Shown here: positions 46,757-54,578 of the stretch, piece after piece
How positions within the stretch are numbered: the first letter of the stretch is position 1
Layout of the letters: the number at the start of each line of letters is the position of its first letter
IMG/VR virus record: IMGVR_UViG_3300017700_000348
Coordinates: 1 to 58,868 of that record
From: a virus
Taxonomy: Duplodnaviria > Caudoviricetes
DNA: 58,868 bases
Strand: one strand, 5' to 3'
The notes under the pieces: generated by a model
Databases searched by the model: none
Told to the model about the DNA's origin: nothing
The model's input: only the letters and a program-made list of their open reading frames with translations
Program-made: the position numbers and the translations under genes

Positions 46757-46769
46757 AAAAAGTGATTTT

Positions 46770-46852
46770 GTCCCCTTGGTGGAACTGGTAGACACGTTGC
46801 GCTTAAGACGCAATCCTTCGGGGTACAGGTTCAATTCCTGTAGGGGACACCA
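46770..46852 (+). tRNA. trnL: tRNA-Leu (anticodon TAA)
   Basis: Acceptor GTCCCCT/AGGGGAC, D-arm GGTAGACAC, anticodon arm TTGCG-CTTAAGA-CGCAA, variable arm CCTTCGGG, T-loop GTTCAAT, encoded CCA. Confidence 0.93.
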
Positions 46853-47072
46853 CCAATGATTAGACGTAGAGTAGATAGCTACAATTCTAACGATTTAAAA
46901 CAATGGTTAATATCCAATCCAGAACAATCAATAACTATAGAGTATAACCCTACTGGATTTTCAGTTTGGAATGACGATAGAGTTTGGAAAGCTACGCTTA
47001 AGTTGCCAATAGGCAGTAAATTAGGCTGGATTACTCAAACCATTGAAGAATTAATTTATTGCATTTGTACCA

Positions 47073-47363
47073 ATGCTGATTAGTGTGGGCATTATCATGA
47101 ATGAACATATCGAATACTTCAAGCGCTTCTCAGCTTCCTATATGCGCTGGACGCATTTTAATTTTGATAGGATAGTTGCTGATGCTGTTAGGCGAGATGC
47201 TGAAGCAGAAGCAAAAAGGAAGGAGGAGCTAAGAGCTACAATTATTATGGCTGGGATACATAAATATACTCCTGACAATAGCTTTGTTTTTGATTTTGAT
47301 AGAGATATACAATGGGGAATTTTAAAACTTGATCCTAAGCAAGTTTTAAATCTTCAAGGCTAG
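47073..47363 (+). CDS. hypothetical protein; C-terminus resembles the coat C-terminus
   Basis: DIQWGILKLDP versus coat DVLFGFKYIRP. Confidence 0.45.
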   Translation: MLISVGIIMNEHIEYFKRFSASYMRWTHFNFDRIVADAVRRDAEAEAKRKEELRATIIMAGIHKYTPDNSFVFDFDRDIQWGILKLDPKQVLNLQG

Positions 47364-47428
47364 CGGGAACCTTTCCCTTCTTGCCGCGTTTTCGCCTTAC
47401 TTCCTCTCACACAAAAGGGCCTACCCCT

Positions 47429-48127
47429 ATGGAACCTCTCCAGAGCCAGCAGCAGCCGGAACAAACGTGGCCTACAGGGCAGACGCCTAATCCCGGCACC
47501 AAACCGAATGCCGGTCAGGTTAAGCCTCCTCATGGCAATCCAGACGCCGTAGAACATGCCTTGCTGAAGCAGCCTGACACTCAGGAAGGTGGTAAGGAAA
47601 TGGGGCTAGTGAATGCTCCTATCACTTCCTTGCATCCGACTAGCCAGCCTCAGGGCGAAGCTGATGCTGAGATTGGTGAACATCGTATTATTGATAACGC
47701 TAATCTTCAGTTAAATCATTATTTGCCTCAGGAAGGTCATACCAAATTCAATTATCCGTTTGAGGACTTAGAATTTGGACAGGGCATGTTTATTCCTGTT
47801 GAAAAAGGTTCAACTACTGATGCTCTGATGGCTAAGCTCTATAAGCAGGTGGATCAGTACCGCAAGCAAAATTCTGAGATTGAGCGTGATGAAAATGGCG
47901 ACGATGTTATGCAGGATATCGCCATCAATCAGAAGAAGCGTAATGAGGACGGTACTGTACAGATGGATGGCGATAAGCCGCGTATCGGTATCAAGTCTGG
48001 CTTTGTTCCCAAGCTGGTAGGCCCTAGCTTCATCGTTAAGGCTGTTGTCAAGGGGGATAAGATTACCTCAGGTGATGATGGCGAAGAAGCTGATAGCGAC
48101 GGTGCTTTAGTTATTAGGATGGGTTGA
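47429..48127 (+). CDS. KYPF-family protein, paralog of 44966-45631
   Basis: NYPFEDLEFG...FIP; C-terminal DGALVIR. Confidence 0.6.
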   Translation: MEPLQSQQQPEQTWPTGQTPNPGTKPNAGQVKPPHGNPDAVEHALLKQPDTQEGGKEMGLVNAPITSLHPTSQPQGEADAEIGEHRIIDNANLQLNHYLPQEGHTKFNYPFEDLEFGQGMFIPVEKGSTTDALMAKLYKQVDQYRKQNSEIERDENGDDVMQDIAINQKKRNEDGTVQMDGDKPRIGIKSGFVPKLVGPSFIVKAVVKGDKITSGDDGEEADSDGALVIRMG

Positions 48128-48233
48128 CAGGAACAAAAAAGTTGGTTAGTGGTTAAGTCAGCAAGGCTTGACGGATGTACTCAGGCTAGCAATTGACGAT
48201 TGGTCCTGTCCCCAATGGGTAAAGCGCAGGGTT

Positions 48234-48262
48234 AAAAGGCTCCTTTACGGGAGCCTTTTTTC
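48234..48262 (+). terminator. intrinsic terminator
   Basis: AAAAGGCTCC-TTTACG-GGAGCCTTTTTT. Confidence 0.8.
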
Positions 48263-48277
48263 TTGGTATGAGCAAGA

Positions 48278-48940
48278 ATGAGTTGGGCAAGCGATTTTAA
48301 ATTTTCAGTAGAGCCAAAGCCGAATGCTGAAGTATTCGCGCCCGCTGGTGGCTGGAAAGAGGCGGTTCCTCCTGTCTCACCTTGGACAACTGGAGCTATT
48401 CAACAGGCTCCTCCAGCTCTGCAAGCTTATCAAACTGATGAAAATTTAAAGAAGGCTTTTGGCATTGAATTAGCCAAAGCTAAAAATCCGTTTGAAGCCG
48501 GATGTACTATTTTTGGTGATGAAACACCTAAAGCATTGTGGGTAAGTTTTAATTGGCTAACTGATCCAATTGTTATTGCTTCGCGAGATATTTATTTAAA
48601 AACTGTTGCTTTATCTCAACCTCCTCTTGACAGGGAGCAGCTTGCAGCTAAGTTGCTCGCATTAGCTGAGGAGAAGGTTGAACGAAATGGGGTAATGATC
48701 CCCACAATTGAAGCTAAGGACCGTATTGCAGCACTTAAATTATATTCTGAAGTATTAGGTTTTACTGGCAAAGTTGAGATTGACAATTCTACTAATAAAA
48801 CAATGATAAATGAAATTAGCATTAAATTAGTTAAGTCTGAGAAGGCTCCTGTTATTAATAATGTTCCCAATAGTAAATCAGAAATGTCTAATCCTAATTC
48901 GCCAATTACGTTAAAACTAGTTGGTGGAGCTGCGCGTTAA
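48278..48940 (+). CDS. terS: probable terminase small subunit
   Basis: KDRIAALKLY...LG helical motif; first gene of the packaging operon. Confidence 0.55.
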   Translation: MSWASDFKFSVEPKPNAEVFAPAGGWKEAVPPVSPWTTGAIQQAPPALQAYQTDENLKKAFGIELAKAKNPFEAGCTIFGDETPKALWVSFNWLTDPIVIASRDIYLKTVALSQPPLDREQLAAKLLALAEEKVERNGVMIPTIEAKDRIAALKLYSEVLGFTGKVEIDNSTNKTMINEISIKLVKSEKAPVINNVPNSKSEMSNPNSPITLKLVGGAAR

Positions 48941-48991
48941 GTGTCTGATTTTAAAACTTCGCATTGGTGCGAAAACTTGGGAGCTATGACT

Positions 48992-49612
48992 ATGTTAAAG
49001 AAACTTGGTTTAACTATTTTTGCTTTGATGCTTATGGCTGGTGGTGTTGCTGTCGCACAGTACACTACTCAGGCTGGCGGTACTGGCGCAGGACTTCCTA
49101 CCTTAAACGTACCTGCTGACACGCAGTGCTTGCGTTATGGCAATGGTGGTGTTTGTAATGCTTATGCTCCTGCTGGCCCTACTGCTTTAACCGGCTATGA
49201 GACTGTTATTACGGATACTCATGCTGCTTCTGGCGCTGTTCCTCAGACTATGAACACTCCTCTTACTGCTATTGGTGGTGGTGTTCTGACTGTAGCCGTC
49301 CCTCTCACTGGTGAAACTGTTACTCTCACTGCTCAAACTCGCCAGTTGATTATTAACCCTGCTGGCACTATTGCGGCATTAACCGTTAATATGCCTGCGG
49401 CTTCTGCTACTATGGTTAATGGGCATCGCATTGGTATTTGCGCTACTCAGATTGTCACTGCTCTTACTCTCGCTGGTGGTACTGGTAACACTTTTAACCC
49501 TGCTGTCCAGACTGCCACGCTTGTTCCTGTTGTTACTGGTGCAGCTTCTTGCACTGAGTATATCTACAGCAAGACTAGTGCAACTGCTGGCGTTTGGTTT
49601 CGTACTCAGTAA
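48992..49612 (+). CDS. signal-peptide-bearing virion-type (decoration/fibre) protein
   Basis: GGGAG RBS; MLKKLGLTIFALMLMAGGVAVA|Q; INPAGTIAALTVNMP...G..I...TQ.VTALT domain; 4 Cys. Confidence 0.65.
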   Translation: MLKKLGLTIFALMLMAGGVAVAQYTTQAGGTGAGLPTLNVPADTQCLRYGNGGVCNAYAPAGPTALTGYETVITDTHAASGAVPQTMNTPLTAIGGGVLTVAVPLTGETVTLTAQTRQLIINPAGTIAALTVNMPAASATMVNGHRIGICATQIVTALTLAGGTGNTFNPAVQTATLVPVVTGAASCTEYIYSKTSATAGVWFRTQ

Positions 49613-49645
49613 TCCTTTCACAACTCAAACATAAGGATTACTGAT

Positions 49646-50047
49646 ATGCTACCTAATTCTAATACTTTACGACAACGCTTTATTTCTAGTCGCCAGCTTT
49701 TGCCGGGAGATTGGGCCAATGCTGTTTCTGATAGCTTGGTTTCTAATCAAGATGTAGTAGCTACTCCTGCTGGCACTGCTGTTACATCTTTGCTTGTAAG
49801 CTCTGCTAATGTCAACATCACCGCAGTAGCTACGGCTGCTGACGGAATTAGGCTTCCTCCTGCTGTAGCAGGAATGGAGATTGCTATTGTCAACAGTGAC
49901 GCTGCTGACGCTGCTCAAATCTTTGCTAATGGAAGTGATACTATCAATGCGACTGCTGGTGCAACTGGTGTCTCATTGGCTGCTGGTGCTGCGATTATCT
50001 TACGCTGCATTAAAACTGGCAATTGGCGTAGGTTTGTGTCTGCATAA
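49646..50047 (+). CDS. virion-type beta protein without a signal peptide
   Basis: VATAADGIRLP.A.AG..I..VN.......DTIN motif typical of phage fibre/decoration proteins. Confidence 0.6.
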   Translation: MLPNSNTLRQRFISSRQLLPGDWANAVSDSLVSNQDVVATPAGTAVTSLLVSSANVNITAVATAADGIRLPPAVAGMEIAIVNSDAADAAQIFANGSDTINATAGATGVSLAAGAAIILRCIKTGNWRRFVSA

Positions 50048-50061
50048 TTTCCCCCAAACTG

Positions 50062-50093
50062 GCCAGCTCCCAAAAGGGGCTGGCACCTTTTTT
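50062..50093 (+). terminator. intrinsic terminator
   Basis: GCCAGCTCC-CAAAA-GGGGCTGGC followed by a T-tract. Confidence 0.7.
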
Positions 50094-50143
50094 ACTCCTG
50101 CTATTTTAAATTTTATTACTCACGATTGGGGCTTGGTTATACG

Positions 50144-50554
50144 ATGAAAAAGATTTTAATTCTTTTAGCTTTATTGCTTTTACCTCAATTAGCTGAAGCT
50201 CAGACTTCGCGCAATCCTTGCTATACTACTGGTGCTTTGACTACTCAGGGTATTCTTAATTGTATTGGTGTTGGCACTGCTACTCCACTTCCTACTTATC
50301 AAGGTGGGGCTACTTTTACCAATATCACTACTAGCACTGATACTGTAATTAAAACTTCAGCAGGGACGCTACAGGGCTTTACTGTTAACACTGCTGGCAC
50401 CAGTGTTATTTTTTATAATAATACTACTTGCACTGGTGCAAAAATTGGCACCTTTACTACTGCTGCTCAGACTTCTATCAAGATTGATGCTGCTTTCACA
50501 GTTGGTCTATGTGCTACTACTGTTGGTGGTGACATTACTGTATTATGGCGATAA
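50144..50554 (+). CDS. signal-peptide-bearing virion-type protein
   Basis: MKKILILLALLLLPQLAEA|Q; Thr-rich beta sandwich (IKT..G.L....VN...FY...GL...D.TV); 4 Cys. Confidence 0.65.
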   Translation: MKKILILLALLLLPQLAEAQTSRNPCYTTGALTTQGILNCIGVGTATPLPTYQGGATFTNITTSTDTVIKTSAGTLQGFTVNTAGTSVIFYNNTTCTGAKIGTFTTAAQTSIKIDAAFTVGLCATTVGGDITVLWR

Positions 50555-52012
50555 GTGGAATTAGAATTTAACGAGAAGCTAGCGTTTTTATTTAAGCCAG
50601 CTCGCTTAAAGATTGCCTATGGTGGTCGCGGCGCTGGTAAGTCTGATGGCTATGCTATTGCTTTAATCATCTTTGCAATGAAGATGAAGCTCCGCATTCT
50701 TTGTTTGCGTGAAATTCAAAACTCACTTGAGGAGAGCGTTAAGAGTACCATTGAGGGCTATATAGAGCATTATGATTTAGGATGGGCATTTGATATTAAA
50801 GATAAGTCTATTACTTGTACTTTAACCGGCTCTCGATTTATCTTCTCTGGACTTCGCTATAAGATTAATTCTATTAAATCTCTTGCTAAGATTGATATAG
50901 CTTGGATTGATGAAGCAAATAACACTTCTAAAAATTCTCTTGATAAGCTCATGCCTACAATTCGTGGTAAGCATGAAAGTTCTAAGGATGGCATGGGAGG
51001 ACCGTTTAAATTAGGTCCTGAGGTTTGGATATCATTTAATCCTGAATTGGATGATGATGAAGTCTATGACCGCTATGTTATTAAGCAGTCTATGTACGCT
51101 CCTGACTTCACTGAAGAAGTGCCAGTAGAGCAGCAGACTTGGTTTAAGACTGTTGAAGAAAAACTTCAGAATGGGGACATTGTTCTAAATTCTGAGATGC
51201 AGGAGAAATTTGATGACATAGAGCGCAAGCGTTATGCTTATGTTGTTAAGGTCAATTGGTATGATAACAAGTGGTTTCCTCCTGATCTTAGAAGGGAAAT
51301 GACCCTTTTAAAAACTCACAATCAGACCAAGTATCTTGAAGTGTGGGAAGGCTTTACTAAGCAGACGTTAGATGGAGCTATCTACGCCGATGAATTAAGA
51401 CAGACTTTGTTGGATGGTCGGAGGAAGAAGGTTCCTTATGATCCTACCAAGCCTGTTTATACATTTTGGGATTTGGGCCATTCGGACATGACTGCTATCT
51501 GGTTTATCCAGAGAGTAGGAATGGAATACAACGTAATAAACTACTATCAGAATAGACTTAAGAAGCTCCCGCATTATCTTACTCATATGCAGAGCTTAGG
51601 TTACAATTATGGTACTGTTTATCAGCCTCATGACGCGGACAACGAAACATTAGCTTCTAGGTCTATTGCTAATCTTACTAGGGCTGCTGGATATAAAGTT
51701 ATAGTTGTAAATAGACCTTCTAAAAAAGCAGTTGGTATCAACGCAGCTCGTACTATTTTTGAGCTTTGTAATTTTGATGAAGAAAACACTAAAGACGGCT
51801 GGCAATGTCTTTCGCGTTATGCCTATAAAGTAAACGAGGAGACAGGCAATTTTAGTAAAGAGCCTGACCACGATACGCCTTGGTCGCACGGCGCAGACGG
51901 CTGGCAGACTTTTGCTTTATCATTAAAGACTGAGGACGATACTAAGAAGCCTAAGAAGAAAGTGGTTGTGCCATTATCGCAGCAGCCTAGGGCTTGGATG
52001 GGGAGTTTATAA
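50555..52012 (+). CDS. terL: terminase large subunit (PBSX/Sf6-like, probably headful)
   Basis: YGGRGAGKS, LCLRE.Q.S, WIDEA, PTIR, SFNP, WDLG..D.TAIW and SHGAD. Confidence 0.93.
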   Translation: MELEFNEKLAFLFKPARLKIAYGGRGAGKSDGYAIALIIFAMKMKLRILCLREIQNSLEESVKSTIEGYIEHYDLGWAFDIKDKSITCTLTGSRFIFSGLRYKINSIKSLAKIDIAWIDEANNTSKNSLDKLMPTIRGKHESSKDGMGGPFKLGPEVWISFNPELDDDEVYDRYVIKQSMYAPDFTEEVPVEQQTWFKTVEEKLQNGDIVLNSEMQEKFDDIERKRYAYVVKVNWYDNKWFPPDLRREMTLLKTHNQTKYLEVWEGFTKQTLDGAIYADELRQTLLDGRRKKVPYDPTKPVYTFWDLGHSDMTAIWFIQRVGMEYNVINYYQNRLKKLPHYLTHMQSLGYNYGTVYQPHDADNETLASRSIANLTRAAGYKVIVVNRPSKKAVGINAARTIFELCNFDEENTKDGWQCLSRYAYKVNEETGNFSKEPDHDTPWSHGADGWQTFALSLKTEDDTKKPKKKVVVPLSQQPRAWMGSL

Positions 52013-52207
52013 ATGGCTTACAATCCAGAGTTATTAAAAGAACTGCTAGGAGATAAAGTAGCAGAAATGATGGATGGTACAGTAGAAATTATTCAATCTG
52101 AAAATAAATTTTTTGGAAATTTAAAAGTTGGTGATACTTTAAGTTTTAAGTTTAAAGAAAAAGTACCATTTGTAGCCCGTCAATTTGTAGTTACTGGAAA
52201 TAAATAA
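52013..52207 (+). CDS. 64-aa protein resembling fragments of the coat protein
   Basis: GGGAG RBS; GNLKVGDTL...ARQFVVT. Confidence 0.55.
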   Translation: MAYNPELLKELLGDKVAEMMDGTVEIIQSENKFFGNLKVGDTLSFKFKEKVPFVARQFVVTGNK

Positions 52208-52208
52208 T

Positions 52209-54578
52209 ATGGCTTGGTCTACATCATTTACTCCTAAGTCCGCTGCTTCAAAAATTAGCGATGAAGAAAATGAAATTCTTCTAGAAGCTAAGAAGCGTTT
52301 TAGAGCTTGTGAACAATGGGAGCAGCAAGCTAGGACTTGGTTTAATTATGACTATAAATTTGCCAATGCTGATAGCAACAATATGTATCAGTGGGATAAT
52401 TGGGTAGTTGGTGATAGACAGACTGCTAATCGCCCATGCCTGACCATCAATAAAACTCAGCAGCATAATTTACAAATCATCAATGATGGAAAACAGAATA
52501 AGCCGGGAGTGACGATTAGGCCGGTTGGTGATGAAGCCAGCTTTGAAGCAGCTCAGGTATTTCAGGAAGTTGTTAGACACATTGAGTATATTTCAAGTGC
52601 TGAAAATGTTTATGATAATGCAGCCACATTCCAAGTTAATGCAGGATGGGGTTATTGGAGAGTTTCAGTAGAAAAAATTAATGGAACCTTTGATAAAGAA
52701 ATTTTCATTCGTCGCATTAAGGACCCTCGTAGCGTCTATCTTGATTTTAACATTAATGAAGTAGACGGCTCTGATGCTTGGTATGGTTTTATCTTTGATG
52801 ATATGCCAAAAGATATGTATGAAGCTAAACATCCAAATTTTAAAGATGTCGGAAACGTAGCTTTCAGCTCTAATGATTATCCCGGTTGGCTTCAGCAGGA
52901 TACAGTTAGAGTTGCTGAATATTATAGGAAGTCCGCTAAGCCTGATAAGCTTGTTTATTTTATTCTTCCTATCACACAAGAGGAAATTGGGCCTATTAAA
53001 TGGAGCAAGCTTCCTAAAGAAGGGAAAGACCAATTTAACGAAATTAAAGCTAGAGAGGGCAATCTTCCTGAAGAAGATAGAACTTATCGAGAGCAAGATG
53101 AACTGAGCGAGGAAATTGTCTGCTATAAAATTGCTGGCAATCGTATCATTGATAAGAAGCCTTGGTTAGGCAAGTACATTCCTATTGTCCGCTTACCGGG
53201 TACTGAAACTGTTATTGATGGAATTTGGGATTGCAAAGGTCATACCAGAGCCTTGCTTGATCCTCAGCGAATTTATAATATCAATTCATCTGCTAATGTG
53301 GAGTTTGGAGCGTTACAATCTAAATCTCCTTTGACTGCTTCTCCTGCTGCTATTGAAGGGCATGAGGAGCTGTATGCTCGTATGAACATTGATAATGCTT
53401 CAGTGTTGCTCTACAATGAATATGATGAAGAAGGAAGGAAGCTTAGTCCTCCTCAAAGGATGGTCGCTCCTCAGGCTTCTCCTGCCTATGTGCAACAGAT
53501 GCAGATTGCACAGAATGAAATGATGATGGTGTCTGGACAGTATCAGGCACAAATGGGAGAGAATGAAAATGCTAAGTCAGGTGTTGCTATCAATGCTAGA
53601 CAGCGCCAAGGAGATAGGGCCACTTATCACTTTATTGATAATCAGGCTATTGCCATTCGATTTACAGGTAAAATTTTAATTGATCTAATTCCTAAAATTT
53701 ATGATACTAAGCGAGTGCTTCGCATTGAAGCTAAAGACAATAGTATTATGAATGTGACTATTGATCCTAAAGCAGAAAAGCCTTACGAGAAAAAAGAAGC
53801 CGTTGATGTTCCTCAGAATGATAATCACCAGCAGATTGTTGATGTAATCTTTAATCCTAGTGTGGGCATCTATGACGTTCAAGCCGATACTGGACCTAGC
53901 TTTGCTACTCGCAGACAGGAAGCATTTAATGCCTTAACTCAAATCGCAGCTCAGAATAAAGAGTTTATGGGTATTGCTGGCGATATTCTTTGGAAAGTTG
54001 CTGACTTCCCTGAAGCTCAGGTATTGGCTCAGCGTTGGAGAAAGATCATTCCCAAGAATATTACAGGGGATGCTATGGACCCTGCAATTGAGGAGACAAT
54101 GAACCAAGCTGCTGCTCAAATTGAAGCTCAGATTGCTCAAATTGCTAAGCTTACACAAGAGCTAGAAGATAAGAATAGAGACCTGTACGTTAAGGAAAGT
54201 AAGGCTGAGCTTGATTGGACTAGAGCTGCTGTTCAAGAAATGCGGGAAGATTTTAATGCTATGACTGCTAGATTAACGGCTGTTGGTAATGCAGGACCGG
54301 GAATTTCAGTTGAGCAGCTAAAGCCTGTCATTCAGCAAACCTTGCTTGAGATTATGCAGGCTGGAGGACCGGGAGCGGACATGCCTGAGGAGGTTTTGCT
54401 TGCTCCCGGTATGGATGAAGGCGGGGAGCCGGTAGGCTTACCAGAGGGTCCTCAGGGCGATGTGGATAGCATTCCTGAGGTTCCCGGTTCTAGGCAAGCG
54501 AAGGACGGTAAACATTATGTGCAGAATGAAAATGGCTGGAATGAAGTAATTAAGCCTGAGGCTCAAACTAATGCCTAA
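52209..54578 (+). CDS. portal protein, P22 family
   Basis: RPCLTINK, G.GYWRV, IPIV, D.QR.YN, SG.AI..RQ.QGD, IPKIYDT.R and G.YDV....GPS..T.RQEA motifs. Confidence 0.92.
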   Translation: MAWSTSFTPKSAASKISDEENEILLEAKKRFRACEQWEQQARTWFNYDYKFANADSNNMYQWDNWVVGDRQTANRPCLTINKTQQHNLQIINDGKQNKPGVTIRPVGDEASFEAAQVFQEVVRHIEYISSAENVYDNAATFQVNAGWGYWRVSVEKINGTFDKEIFIRRIKDPRSVYLDFNINEVDGSDAWYGFIFDDMPKDMYEAKHPNFKDVGNVAFSSNDYPGWLQQDTVRVAEYYRKSAKPDKLVYFILPITQEEIGPIKWSKLPKEGKDQFNEIKAREGNLPEEDRTYREQDELSEEIVCYKIAGNRIIDKKPWLGKYIPIVRLPGTETVIDGIWDCKGHTRALLDPQRIYNINSSANVEFGALQSKSPLTASPAAIEGHEELYARMNIDNASVLLYNEYDEEGRKLSPPQRMVAPQASPAYVQQMQIAQNEMMMVSGQYQAQMGENENAKSGVAINARQRQGDRATYHFIDNQAIAIRFTGKILIDLIPKIYDTKRVLRIEAKDNSIMNVTIDPKAEKPYEKKEAVDVPQNDNHQQIVDVIFNPSVGIYDVQADTGPSFATRRQEAFNALTQIAAQNKEFMGIAGDILWKVADFPEAQVLAQRWRKIIPKNITGDAMDPAIEETMNQAAAQIEAQIAQIAKLTQELEDKNRDLYVKESKAELDWTRAAVQEMREDFNAMTARLTAVGNAGPGISVEQLKPVIQQTLLEIMQAGGPGADMPEEVLLAPGMDEGGEPVGLPEGPQGDVDSIPEVPGSRQAKDGKHYVQNENGWNEVIKPEAQTNA

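Noticed and set aside
46730-46852. tRNA duplication as an attP site
   Set aside because: No integrase is present, and the duplicated part is the 5' end rather than the 3' end usual for att cores.
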